A DNA stretch of 63,935 bases, the filler included, from Reticulomyxa filosa (taxonomy: Eukaryota > Protista > Foraminifera): assembly GCA_000512085.1 (NCBI GenBank). It is 14 parts of 14 records of this genome, joined end to end, with 100 filler letters (N's around TTAATTAATTAA, not from the genome) between each part and the next. Parts side by side here need not be neighbours in the genome. Positions count along the whole stretch, not along the records: positions 13,153 to 15,570 come from ASPP01010859.1; positions 15,671 to 28,348 come from ASPP01001165.1; 12 more parts are not named here. The stretch is one strand, 5' to 3'. Under the pieces are notes generated by a model. That model was not told the DNA's origin. It did not search any database and saw only the letters and a list, made by a program, of their open reading frames with translations. Positions within the stretch are counted from its first letter, which is position 1. The number at the start of each line of letters is the position of its first letter. Positions 13,153 to 25,849 of this stretch are shown piece after piece. The translations under genes were made by a program, and so were the position numbers.

Positions 13153-13361
13153 TTTTTTTTTTTTTTTTGCTCAAGGAAGTTTTGATTTCTTCTTTCTATT
13201 TCCAAAAAAAAAAAATTGTGTTCCTTGAATGTTGAACACCGATAAAACGGAGGTCGGGGGTCAGTGTCAGAACTGTCAGCTGCGTAACTGTGTGTTGGTT
13301 CTGAATGTGATGTAAATACTTGTTGCTTTTCTTTTGGATTATAAAGTGTTTGCTGTGACAT
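13153..13361 (-). CDS. Possible first exon of an unknown protein (truncated)
   Basis: ATG-initiated hydrophilic ORF MSQQTLYNPKEK...PPFYR running into intron-like homopolymers at the contig end. Confidence 0.35.
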
Positions 13362-13933
13362 CCAGATAGAAAAAAAATTTAAAGATGCAAAGGCGATTAT
13401 TATAATACCAAAAAAAAATATTTTTTTTAGGTTACTCTCCCGACGACAATTTTCAACAATGTTTATTGGATGCAGCCGTTGCTTTGAAATACCCGATTTT
13501 TAAATTTTTTTTTCATTAATTTATTTGCTTATATTAATTCTTGTATTTTATGAAAACTGTAATACGTGTTTTCATAACAAATATTGCCCAATTTGAGTTG
13601 TAGTATTGAATAGGACTAGATTCTACGCATTGATAAATACAAAACAAAGAAAGAATTAGCCGACTATTTAATAATTGCAACTTTTTCATCAAAAGTCTGA
13701 TTGTATTGATGTTGTGTACAGGTAAAACTTTTTTAAAAATTGCAACTCAGAAATGGCCGCGATTGAACATAAGCTCGAATGAGAACAATTGATCAATATT
13801 TGAAAGAGAAATAACAGAATAAAACATATTGCCCATTTTTATTGCAACAAAATGGATATTTTGGTATGAAAATTTACCCGCACATTTTGTAAGGTTATAA
13901 ATTTGATTTGAAAAGAAATGTGTTTGTGATTTC

Positions 13934-14302
13934 CTACCAATTTGCTCTGTGCCAATCAGGAACCAAGTCCTCTTTCAACATTTGTCTCAGAGCAACTGTT
14001 GACACTCGCATCCATCTGTTGTGAACTTTGTTCTTGCCCGTAATGTTGCATCGTGCATTGAATCTGGAAAGGCACGAGTCTCTTGTGTTCAATTTCTTCA
14101 GTGTTGTAAGGTTGCTTTTTCGCAGGAGACGATAATGTACCTCGCTCATCTTCAACTGTTTTTTCTTCATTTCTGGATTTGTATATCTCAAATTTTGCAA
14201 GTACGGGTGATAAATAAAAAATTTTTGTACTGTTTTGTCAATTTCTTTTCTTCTGAGATTTCTTGCAACTTCTCGGGAGCGAAATACCTTTTGAAAAAAC
14301 AT
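13934..14302 (-). CDS. MRPS14: Mitochondrial ribosomal protein uS14 (nucleus-encoded, intronless)
   Basis: RDSCLSRFNARCNITGK...RVSTVALRQM...LVPDWHRANW matches the zinc-free S14 signature (RxSxxxRxxNRCxxTGR...G.xKASW). Confidence 0.82.
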   Translation of the reverse strand: MFFQKVFRSREVARNLRRKEIDKTVQKFFIYHPYLQNLRYTNPEMKKKQLKMSEVHYRLLRKSNLTTLKKLNTRDSCLSRFNARCNITGKNKVHNRWMRVSTVALRQMLKEDLVPDWHRANW

Positions 14303-14889
14303 GACTTATCAATGATGGAGAATTGCTTTTTCAGAAAGACGATTCAATAGACTCGGCTTTTTTAATGTTTGTCTATCCTTGAGGATGATAGAACAAAAGG
14401 GGGGAGAAAGCGGACCAACTTTTTGCAAGTTTTTGGCCAGTTGCCGTTCATTTTTTCCTTTTCAACATTTTGTCTTGTTTGTTGTTATCAATTTACTTTC
14501 TTTTTATTGAAATTTATTTTTGGAATTAAGTTCCTTTCGTATTCACTTAACCACATTCACTGCCTTGCAGTCTATTCTTTACCAAGTTATATCAAAAAAA
14601 GAAAAAGATTTCTTAAGAGTTTAGCTGGAAACTTGACAAGTGGAAGCTTTTTTACCTTTTGCAAAGCGTGTATATATTGTTTTTTCCCTAAGATAAGTTT
14701 AGCTGCAATAGCTGAAACAATCTGAGATTAGTTTCCAATCTTTTTTAAACCCAATTGATGGACAAATTGTAAACCCTTTTTGGTAAAAATTTATTTGCAA
14801 AATAAGTTCGTGAAACCAAAGACAACAACAAAATCATAATAAAAAAATTTACAAAAAAAAAACGAAAAACGTTGTAACGTATTCGTATT

Positions 14890-15570
14890 TTAAGTGGAAA
14901 AAGCAGTTTTGTCCAATCCAGACTTTTCAGTGAAAGGATTGCAAAAAAACTTTTCAGCGTTAAAATGTTTGTAATTATCAACAAAAGATTGAAAATCGTT
15001 GGAAGAAATATTTTTCCAAATGGAATCATTAACTGCAAACCACAACCCCCAGTGAACAATTGATTGATATTTTTCGCCTAACATCAAATCGAATGCTTCA
15101 GCATACGTATCATGTGCACCAGCAGTGTCTCCAACCAAATTGTGCCATATTTTCGAATAAGTTTTATTGAAATCCAGCAAAGGCATTTCAATCCACGCGC
15201 ACGGCACTTTTTGATAAGCAGAGCAAATGGTACCATTGGAAAGTTTGGAAAAGCGCAAAGCGTAAGGTGAAGTAATATAATGTCCTTTGTGTTCCCTCAG
15301 GTGATTGAATAAGCTCCCAAGATCTTTGACTGCAGAGACGCTAAGCTGATCGTTGAATCCCACGCCAATAGCATTGGTAGGCATATAATTGGCTGTACCA
15401 AAATCTAGAGCCTCAATTCCACTCATTGGTAATGGATCATGGCACGACTCTTCCAAAGCGATGCACAGCACAAATGCCATTAAGTTTTTTAATGCTTTTT
15501 TTTTTGAACATAGCACCGAAAAAGCAGACGAGGCAAACACTAAACAATAATCGCCTCGTGCTTGACCTGC
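14890..15570 (-). CDS. C-terminal part of an FAD-linked oxidase, ALO/L-gulonolactone oxidase-like (5'-truncated)
   Basis: PYALRF, WIEMP, HWGL (cf. HWGK) and FNAEKFFCNPF (cf. DPxGxFxNxF) fit the ALO C-terminal domain. Confidence 0.65.
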   Translation of the reverse strand, partial: AGQARGDYCLVFASSAFSVLCSKKKALKNLMAFVLCIALEESCHDPLPMSGIEALDFGTANYMPTNAIGVGFNDQLSVSAVKDLGSLFNHLREHKGHYITSPYALRFSKLSNGTICSAYQKVPCAWIEMPLLDFNKTYSKIWHNLVGDTAGAHDTYAEAFDLMLGEKYQSIVHWGLWFAVNDSIWKNISSNDFQSFVDNYKHFNAEKFFCNPFTEKSGLDKTAFST

Positions 15571-15670
15571 NNNNNNNNNNNNNNNNNNNNNNNNNNNNNN
15601 NNNNNNNNNNNNNNTTAATTAATTAANNNNNNNNNNNNNNNNNNNNNNNNNNNNNNNNNNNNNNNNNNNN
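15571..15670. other. Artificial contig linker
   Basis: N44-TTAATTAATTAA-N44. Confidence 0.98.
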
Positions 15671-15799
15671 TCTCCTCACTGTTCCTACAGTGCATTGAAT
15701 CAAATATGAAATAAGAGAAGTGATTATATTGCTAAAATCAATTGTCATGATCAAAATTTTGTGCGAAGTAATGTATGATTAACTTGCGTTATTTGATTA

Positions 15800-15875
15800 G
15801 AGCTTTAGAATTGGATAAATTCCTCAATTATGGAAGAAAGCCAATATTGTTCCAATTCCAAAACCAGATAGACTG
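15800..15875 (+). mobile_element. Small non-LTR retrotransposon RT remnant
   Basis: Translates FRIG*IPQLWKKANIVPIPKPDR, the conserved GxxPxxWKxAxIVPIPKP LINE RT motif. Confidence 0.75.
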
Positions 15876-16085
15876 CCAATAAAAATTTGTGTTCAAATTA
15901 TTTGAAAACATCACATCTGTTTCAAAGGTTTTGCTAAATTTTTATGCTTATCAGAACTAGTGAATAGAGAGAGAAATATTTGGAACTCTTTTTGAACCAA
16001 ACAGCATTCAACATTAATTGAAACATAAAAGATGATCAAACAACATACTTTCCGTGTTCACAGTTTGTGGGTTATTATTATTTTC

Positions 16086-17925
16086 CTAAGATTTGTAAAT
16101 TTGGTCTAAAGTTGTTTGAGTTGGAGGCAATGTGGTGGTAATATTTCTTCCTCTGCGTAATCTTTCAGAGTTCACATTGTTTTGATCATTGCCGTTGGAC
16201 AGAATACTTGTGCTCTGAACAGGCAATGAGGCGCGAAAGTCTGGATAATTGAATAGACTTCCAACATTGGTTTCGTTTGAATTTTTATTGTCAGTTTTAA
16301 TCTTGGGAGCATTGAAAGATGGAATTGAAGCGATCACTGGAGATGCTGTTGTATCAGTTGAATTCTTTTTTGTTCCTGATAAGAAGAGGGAAGAGAGTGA
16401 AAAAACACAGTAACAAACATGATATCAGTGGTTGATTAGTGTCAGGTCTCTGAAATAGCGAAGTGCTTGGCCTTGGAGCACCAAGTGTATCAGTGTTGGT
16501 CCGATTGGCAACCTGAATGAGTGATTGTTGCATTTGTTGCATTGCAGTGGCAATTTGTTGGCGCTGTTGCTGTTGGCTTTGCAACATTTGTTGCAAATAT
16601 TGTGGATACATCGGATTATTGAACGGCTGTGTTTTGTATATTGTGTGTTTCGTTCATTCTGTATCCTTGATGTTATAGTATATACTTGTAAATCAACTTT
16701 TACCGATAGAAAAGGTGTGTGAGCTTGGAATTGAGGTGTTGAAGTAGGTCTGGTCTGTTGATTGCCACAGCTGAGTTGAAAGTAAGAAAGTGGTTGAGGT
16801 GGTTGTTGTGACTGTTGTTGTGGTTGTGGTTGTAATGATTGCAGTGGTTGAAAACTGTATGGTGTGCAAACGGAATAACCTAAAGCAGTAGCTGCGGGCA
16901 TTCCCATTTGACTGTTACACAAAGACCATTGCATAACAGATTGATTTAGTTGATTGGCCGATTGGTTGAATGTATTGACGGCATTTGCCAATTTGTCAAT
17001 CGATTCAATCAATCCATTGAAATTCGTTTTGTCACCATTGTCGTCCGTTTGCTTGTGCTTTTGCTTTTTGTTTGGATTGTTTCTGGATTTTGCGTTGTCT
17101 TTTTTTTGAACACTGCTCTGACTGAATGTATCGGAAGGAGGATTTACTTGTGTTGTCAACGGGATAGATTCGGATTGAAAGGGTCGATCATTGGATATTT
17201 CTGTGTTAAGTTCCTCTTTTTTTTTGTCTGCATTTGTTTCGTTCTTTTTTTCCTTGTTGTCATTATCCACATTACACGCCAGTTCTTTTTGCTATTTATT
17301 GAAAATATTACGTTTGAATGCTCGTGTGCATACATACAATTGAGAGAACACGGATAGATAAATGAAAGTGAATCATTGCAAAGTTTACCTGTTCGAAGGA
17401 CACCTCGGTGTCCCAAAGATCTCTTTGTCTCTCTTTTTCAAAGTCGTAGGCATGGACTTGTTCCTGTTGTTTTTGTTGATATTGACAAATCGATTTCATC
17501 AAAGCATCATTGTTTTCCTTCAAAGGTGTAACTGTTGTATCAGCCTCAACTTGCTTCAGTGAACTCTCAATTGACGCAATTTCAACCTCCACTGAATCTC
17601 TCGACGATTGCTTTGTGTTTTTCAAATCTAATTCCAATTCTTTTTCTTCTTGATTGTACTTTTCGATTTCTTCATCTTGTTTATCGTTGTGATCAGTATC
17701 ATTATCCTTTGCGTATGCGATGCATTTCAATCGCTCAAATGACCTCATCATATCCTGAGCTGCGCTTTCATCAACACCGCACACATTCATCACATTTTGC
17801 ACTGGTGGTCTTTTGTCTAACGCCTTGCTTTCATCTTCGTCGTAATTGTATAATGCCACCAATTGCCTGTAATGATCACTGTATCTCCAATTGTTTTTCG
17901 CCTTTTGTTCGTCCTCCTTCTTCAT
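16086..17925 (-). CDS. Hypothetical spliced protein, coiled-coil N-half and Q/P/S/N-rich C-half
   Basis: Four ORFs join in frame through GT-AG introns (SFEQ|QKELAC, PFLS|PFNNPMYP, then the TKKNSTD exon); start uncertain because a further open stretch lies at ~18100-18320. Confidence 0.6.
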
Positions 17926-19233
17926 TCGTCATTTATCAACAAACATGTGTTTAGCAAAGGACATCAAACAATACTCTCCACTCCTTTCCTCCCTCTTTGC
18001 CACGTATACAAAAACATAGATTCGCACAGTAGGCAAATCACTCAAAGGAAAACAGAGAAAAGATCTTTGTTCAAAATATGTCAAAAAAAAAAAACTGGAT
18101 TCAAATTGAACCAAGATTCAGGAACAACAATTTTTCTGACTTCAGTTGGCGACATATCCAAAATGCCAATCTTGGGACCTTGTTGAGCTTGGTATCTCGA
18201 TAATAGATGCGCTTGATCATACCCCAACACTTCCAACTGAAGAGTAATGACGTCATTGCCATGGCCTTGTTTTTCGACACGTTGATCAAATACACATCGT
18301 AGTTCGTCAATATTCTTTATGTCATGACGACGGCCATTGTCGCCCTGCCGACATTGTTTTGTTACGAAAATACAATCATTCGGATGCTTCTTTTTTATTT
18401 TTTATTTTTCTTAACTTTGAAAGATAATCGAATAATTGATGTCAATTTTAGCCCCGTTTTTTCCTTCAGTTTTTTAAGAAACTCTTTCCATTGCTTTCAT
18501 TTTTGATTTGTGCGTGTGTTTTTCGTCTTTCGTTCATTTGTCCTTTACGGGCAGTTTTCTTGCCAGTTGGAAAAAAAGAACTTCTCAACTTCAATATTTG
18601 CAGCGTCTTTTATCCCCATTTTCGATTAAGAACAAATATAAATATTTTTCACAATTATAATTAAATAACCAGCTAACTCGAAAACTTCTTCTGATATGCA
18701 CCACTCGAAGATTCACCTGATCCAAAAATTAATCTACGTTGGTAAATTCCTTTGTTCCGTCAAGCGGACGTGACAAGGTAAACAATTAAAATGATAATAA
18801 CAATTTTTATTGAGACGTTACAATTTTAGTTTTAAAGAAAAACTTCAAAGTTTTATTGACAGTGTATAATTTTGTAGTTGGTCTGTTCCTTTTTGGAATA
18901 TACAAGTTTCATTTGTTTTTTTATGTCATTTACTTTTGAATAAGTTATTGTATATTTTTCTGCTCAGGTCATTGTTTGTGCTACTTATCAACTTAGTTCA
19001 TATGTTCGACTGAACATAAAAGTGATCAAGTTAGATATGCTTCATCGTTGTTGATGATATTAATTGTATGCTTTGATTCATTGAAGCGTTAATAATTCGT
19101 TGTTTTTTAGTTAGCAAGTGCGTTCTTGTATTGCTGGAACTATTTATGTACCGGTTTCAATATCAGTTTTCTTCGTAAGCTGTTTTAAAAAATAATTCTT
19201 TAGCCTTTCATCGTCACTTATTAGTCTGAACCG

Positions 19234-19952
19234 ATGTTGCAATTAAAAAAGTTGTGTTTCAACAATGTATATCCTCTAAAACAAGCATTACGCATATATC
19301 CACGTCAGTTGGCGACAACAATTTATTTCAAAAGCGTACGAAATGTCAGTGAATCAAAACCTGTTCCAAGGAAGAGCAGAAAGGTAGTGTACTCTTCAGA
19401 AGAATAAACTTCAACCCCATTTTTTCTTTGCTTTCCCTTCCCTGTTCCTGTTATATGAGCCATCAAATCATTTTGTGGGTCGGGTCAATAAAATTGGGAA
19501 AAAAGTTTACAAGAGGGGAGTATTTAATGGATCACAAAGTATCCAGACCAATAAAAGACGAAAAAATGACAAATGAAGAATTCAAAAAGATGTCACGTGC
19601 ATTGTTGGACCACATATACGAAGGGATCAAGAATTTGCCAGAAGTAAATGGTTCAGAAAATGTATCCATTGAATACTATCGAAATAATACTAAGACAGAT
19701 AAAAATGAGGATTCACATGTTGTGAAAGATGAAAAGATTATGAATATAAATGTCACAGAAATTGGCAGTTATCAAATTATTATAAATGATACAAAAAAAG
19801 AAATTCACATGTTCAGTCCCATTAGCTTCACTCACCACTACATTTGGGATGAGTCACTTGAGCAATGGCGAAGTAAACTTGATGGGCACTATCTCCTTGA
19901 ATTACTTGCAAGAGAATTAAACGATCATTGCCAAGGATTTATCAATTGGTAA
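19234..19952 (+). CDS. Divergent frataxin/CyaY-like mitochondrial protein
   Basis: Basic presequence MLQLKKLCF...RNVS; MTNEEFKKMSRALLDHI helix; GSYQI, FSPIS, W.S..DGHYLLELLAREL fit the frataxin fold. Confidence 0.75.
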
Positions 19953-20919
19953 AAAACACTATTCTTTTAATCCAAAATAAAAATAGTTGGTTCTTTTAGC
20001 AATTTTGTTTTTATTAACAAAACTGTTTAATACAGCAAACATCAAGAAACTTTCATTCAAATCTATTTTCTTATTTACTAGTCAAAGATATCAGAACCCA
20101 TACAAAGCTATATTTAACAAATCCGTATGCAAATTCTTTTTCTGCTATTACTCTTTAAGCTAAATGGTAAGCAAAAGCGAACTAGAGGAAAAGTATTGCC
20201 ATTTCAAACACACCTTTTATTTTAATGTTTGAAACTTATTGCAGATCCGGAATCAATCATAGTTGCACAATAAAGTACGCCTGCGTTCTGTAAAAAGCAT
20301 CAAAAAATTATTTTTTGTTAGAGAAAAAGCCGTAAAAAAGACGAAAAAAGCGTCAAAATATAAAGTTCAAGTTTTGCAATCCCTAATTGTGGTTTATTAT
20401 TCCTATCACCCGTTAAATATTTAAATCCTTATTGTTTGGTATCTTTTGGTTCTTCTTTATTCTTTTACTCTTTTTCTTTATATTTTTTCCCAGGAAATTT
20501 CCAATCTGAAGCGTCTTCGGTTAAGTGTGATTCTGCACTCAAATGTGACCCAGGTTTTAACAAATGAATCCTTTTTCCTTTTCTTTTTTTTATTTATTTA
20601 TATGTGGTGTCATCATTACTTTTCTTGGAGGGAAAGGTGTGCAAAAAAAAAAAAAGAAAAAAGTATTTTTTTGGCCGTCAAGCAAATGAATGACATTGGG
20701 TTGTGTTTGCAATTCCGTGAATGTAAGGAAATATTTTTTATTTGATGATTTTTTTTTAAAATGGAAAAGTACAAAAATAGGTTGTCTTTGTGTTCCCAAG
20801 CAAAAAAAAATTTTTCATTTGGATAGACGAAAAATCGAACAAAAAACAAAAAACAAAAAACAAAAAACAAAAAAAAAAAATAATTTTATTTTTGTTTGTT
20901 TGTTTTGAGATAAATAGAA

Positions 20920-22582
20920 ATGTCTGGAGAAGGGAATAATAGCGGAAGCGTGCCTAAATTGTCGAACGAAGTAACAGTGAGTGAGATGAAAGTGGAGCAA
21001 CAAATAAAACAAGAGGAGCCGTTACAACAAACAACAACATCAACTGCAACAGTGACGACAACCACAGAAGGTACAGCGAATGGCAGTGACAATCAAAGCA
21101 ATGACACGACGACAGTTGTGCCAACCGACGGCAATGGCTATGGTCCAGTTCGTGGAACTGATCACACTGTCCGACAATCACGCTTTAACCCAATGGGTAG
21201 TATCTCCACTCCGTCAACTGATACGATATCACAAGTTTTGAATTGAATGACGTTGATCAACACTACAATATAACGACCGTCATACATACGTGCATATCCA
21301 ACCCACGTCTTCTTTGTATTTTTTTGTCTTTTTATTGATTGGAACGTGTGATGATCAATACTGTAAATATTGCAACTGTTTGAATGTTTGCATATGTCAC
21401 AAAACACAATGTCAGGATCAAAAGGGATAAAGCCTGAAACGAACGCAGGTGTACTCGGACCACCAAACGCAATGGGAATGCCGGTGCCGATGCCAATGCC
21501 GATGTCTATGCCAATGCCGGTTCCCATGCCAATGCCAATGCCAATGTCAATGCCAATGTCAATGTCAATGTCAATGGGCGTACCTGTCGGTCCGATGATG
21601 GGAAGCATCCCCGGTCTTGGAATGCCCCCTGGCAATGTACCTGTTGCAAGACCAGGCACAAATGGGACTGTCACGGGCACTGCAGGCACAGCGACATTGC
21701 CCGTCGCAGCAACGACGACCACGATGAACACAGTGTCTGTCTCACAGATCAATAAATATTCGTCTTGGCCTCCAGTCGAATCCGAACAATACACTATGTA
21801 TCATCCAATGGGATGGCCTGTTGATCCTGAATATCCCTATCACTTGAACAATTTCCTCATTCCAAACACGACTCCAAAGATTGTCCCTCCTTCACCTTTG
21901 TCGACAATGACCGGCACCACTCCGTCCAGTATTCCAAATCCACTGAGTGTCGCTGCCGCTGTCGCATCCACTACTCCAAATCCTTTGATTAATCCTGCTT
22001 TAGGTGTCACTTTTTGCTTATATGATAGATATATTACATATATATTTACATATACACATATATTTATATACATATACATATACATTTATTTATTTATTTA
22101 TCATTTGTTGACATCAAACGTAAGCAAAAATTTGTTTTGATTTAGGCATGATGAATCCTTTAGTAAATCCATTCATAAATCCGGCAATGAATCCATTGCT
22201 CAATCCATTGACAAATGTTCCTTCAGGAATTCCTGATGGAAAACAGCACGCATTGTTTGTCTTTCATTTGCCTGAAGATATTGATGATCATGGATTGCTT
22301 CAGCTATTTGCGCCTTATGGAGGAATCCGCGCAAATGTCATGAGGCACGACACCGGCCGATCTCGAGGATTTGGGTTTGTTCATTTCAACAATCGAAACG
22401 ATGCTTTAATTGCCATTGAGATGATGAATGGACATCAGATTGGACGAAAGAGACTCAGAGTTTCGTTCAAAAAGGATATTGGAGAAGGATTCAATCTAAA
22501 TGGTGAAGAAAGTCCACAGGATACAAAAGAGGATGATAATTCCAACAAAGAAAGAGAACCAAAGATTGATTCGTCTATGTGA
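20920..22582 (+). CDS. RNA-binding protein with a C-terminal CELF/ELAV RRM3-like domain and a low-complexity N-terminus
   Basis: RNP2 LFVFHL, RNP1 RGFGFVHF, AIEMMNGHQIGRKRLRVSFK; three exon blocks. Confidence 0.85.
21475..21576 (+). repeat. (CCAATG/TCAATG)n hexamer repeat encoding (Pro/Ser-Met)n
   Basis: MGMPVPMPMPMSMPMPVPMPMPMPMSMPMSMSMSM. Confidence 0.9.
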
Positions 22583-22970
22583 CGAAACACAATAATGTGC
22601 TCCAATTTGGGTTTGTTCATTTTTGTGTTAATTTTCTCAAACGTAAAAATACGACGTTTCAACTGTGGCAAACATCTTTCTTTGTCAAACCACGAAAATA
22701 CATGTTTCAACTTCTCACTCCAAGCCTCAATTACTTATTCGTTGTTTTAAACAATTACAAGAACAATAAGGTTAGCCATTTTTCTTATTAGAAACTAGAT
22801 TACAAAAAAGTGGTTTTTAATGCACAAAATGCGTACGTTTTCTTTTAAATTTTGCGTGTATATGCAAAGGATTGTCGAGCTCAATAAGTCTTATTGCTGG
22901 TGTTGGTCACGCTCGAACGACTTCACTGAAACTTTTTCTTTATGCTGAACAATTGGGACATAGACTAAAA

Positions 22971-25189
22971 ATGAGAAATCATGCAATCTTTAAAAATTGG
23001 TTTTCAAGGCCACAATTGCGCCAAGCGTGTCAACTGGCACCAATTGCCTATGAAAGTAGATTATTTGCTACAACGCAAAACAAGACCACAAAAGAAGTAA
23101 AATACAACAAGTACAGTTCAGCGATAACCGAAAACGAGGCATGTGGAGGTGCGCAAGCATTTTTGTATGCAACCGGATTAACGAAAGAGAACATCGAATG
23201 GCCACAGATAGGGATTGTGGCAATGGATTGGGAAGGGAATCCATGCAATATGCATTTGGACAAGCTACAAAACAAAGTGAAACAGGGAATGTTGAAGCAG
23301 AATGCAAAAAAAAAAGAGACTTTGAAGCTAACGCCAAGGATATTTCATACCATCGGAGTATCGGATGTATTGACACAAAACAACGTTGGAATGAGATATT
23401 CATTGCCATCAAGAGATTTAATTGCGGACTCCATTGAAATGCACACACAAGCGTTAAATAATCTTATCTCTACTTTGTCCGTATTCTCTTTTCGTTTCAA
23501 AACACAAAAGTGACAATATACATGCGAAAGATCGTGGTATGACGGATTGATCTGCATTGCCGGCTGCGATAAAAATATGCCTGGATGCGTGATGGCATTG
23601 TGTCGACTGAATCGACCTGGATTGATGATCTATGGCGGACATATCCAACCCGGCAAGACAACCATGAAACAATATGGTGGTGAAAATATTGACATTGACA
23701 GCGGTTTCATGTACGAGTCGTATGGACATTATTTGGAAGGCCGTATCACGTGGGCTGAGCGTCAAGACATTGTTTGCCACGCTTGTCCAGGTTTTTTTTA
23801 TTTCTTCGCTTGTCTATATAATAATGCTGTAAGCATTTAACACAACAATGAAAAGGGCCCGGATCTTGTGGTGGTATGTACACTGCCAATACAATGGCTT
23901 GTGCAATTGAGGCATTGGGCCTGTCGCCACTTTATAGCAGCAGCAGTGGCGCAGAAAGTACAGAAAAAGCGTCTGAATGTCTGAAGGATTGCAATACAAT
24001 TATTCGACAATTAATTGCCAAAGATATCAAACCTTTGGACATTGTCACTAAAAAATCATTAGAAAATGCCACGGCTGTAATTATGGCGTTGGGTGGATCG
24101 ACTAATTTTACTTTGCATATTCTGGCCATTGCCAAAAGTGCTGGTATCGATTTCACTCTAAATGACATTCAAAGAATTAGTGACCAGACTCCTTATTTGG
24201 CAAATTTCCGACCTTTGGGCAAATATTTTATGAGTTATTTATCAAAAGTTTGTTTTATTTTTTTAAACCTTTTTACTTCTTTGTTTGGTCTTCATCTTTT
24301 TGATTTTTCATTTGCACAAAAAATAATGAACAATAGGTCGGAGGGACGCCAGCTGTAATGAAATATTTGTTAGAAAAGAAACTATTACATGGAGATTGCT
24401 TGACAATCTATGGTACGAGTTTAGAAGAGCTATTATCTAAAATAGACAGTCGTATCTTATTTGATAATCCTTCTGGACTTTCGGACGTCATTTTTCCAAT
24501 TGAACGTGCTGTTATGAATCATGGGCCAATGGCTGTTTGGTATGGAAATATTGCCACACGTGGCGCTGTTACAAAGTGGTCCGATAAATATGGTTATTTA
24601 TTTTTTTTGTTTTTTTTGTACTTTTGCGAAAGTATACTTTGATTCACAACGATAAACTCATATTATTTCGTTTGGCTGCAAAGGTGAGAGATATTTCAAA
24701 GGAAAGGCATTATGCTTTGATGGCGAAAGCGATTTCATGAAGGCCGTGTTGCAAGACAAATTATTGGAGAAACTGGAAAAAGACGAAAATCCTCATGTTT
24801 GTATAATTCGCTATGAAGGACCCAAAGGGGCCCCTGGAATGCCAGAACTACATACGCCTGCTTCTGTCATTACAGGCGCAAATTTACAACATAAAGTTGC
24901 TTTGATCACTGATGGTAGATTCAGTGGTGCGTCTTGTGGCTTTATTATTGGCCACATTACACCAGAAGCATTTGAAGGTGGAAATATCTCATTAATACAA
25001 AATGGTGACACCATCGAATTAAATGGTGACAAAAAACGATTAGATGTATTAAATGTCGATGATCAAGAATGGCAAAAAAGGAAACAGCAGTGGAAAAAAC
25101 CTGAGCTGAAATATCGTACGGGCGTCTTGTACAAATATGTCCAACTGGTTCAAGATGCCAGCACTGGTTGCATTACTGACTCAGCATAA
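22971..25189 (+). CDS. ILV3: Dihydroxy-acid dehydratase (IlvD/Ilv3 family), mitochondrial; 5 exons
   Basis: [83 protein letters not shown]; introns include 23791-23855 and 24248-24336. Confidence 0.95.
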
Positions 25190-25849
25190 GAGAGAAAATA
25201 TTAGCAATGGTATTTGTATTTGGTGATGGTTTAATTTCTTAAAACAAGCCACGAAACTGGCATTGTGAATTAACTTTAATTAACTATTTTACATTTTAAA
25301 ACTACTGCCGCTATGTCTTGCTCAGTTTGCAAAAAAGTATTATGGCACCGCAAGCAGTGTTGTCCATGAAACAACAATTCAAGTCAGACTACAAAAAAAT
25401 AACAAAAAAAGAAGATGAGTGAGATTTTTGTTTGGAGTTTATGTCGATGTGCACTGGTTCATCTTGAAATTTTCCATTTACAAAAAAAATGCATAAAATG
25501 CCACCTTATAAGATGATCGACTTTCTCAATGAAAAACAAGCATTCAACTAATTTTTTAAAACGATTTACTTAAAAAATAGAATGCGATGGTTTCATGACG
25601 CAAATGCAAGTGATAATCATTTTACAGCCGTTATCTTAGCTTTGAAAAATTGTTGATGAAATACTTTCATTATTTTATTGAAATCTTGGATACTGACAAC
25701 TTTTTCAAAGCATTTTGTAAAAGTTGTTTTTGCTAGAGTATTTATTTAATAATTTGTTTTTTATATTTTGAAAATATTTTTAAAAATTGATAAATCATGA
25801 AAAAAATCAAACATTGTGGTGTGTCTACTGTAGAGACCTACACTAAATG

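Noticed and set aside
21162-21794. 210-aa minus-strand ORF with (IG/ID)n repeats
   Set aside because: It is the antisense of the Pro-Met repeat exon and has no independent support.
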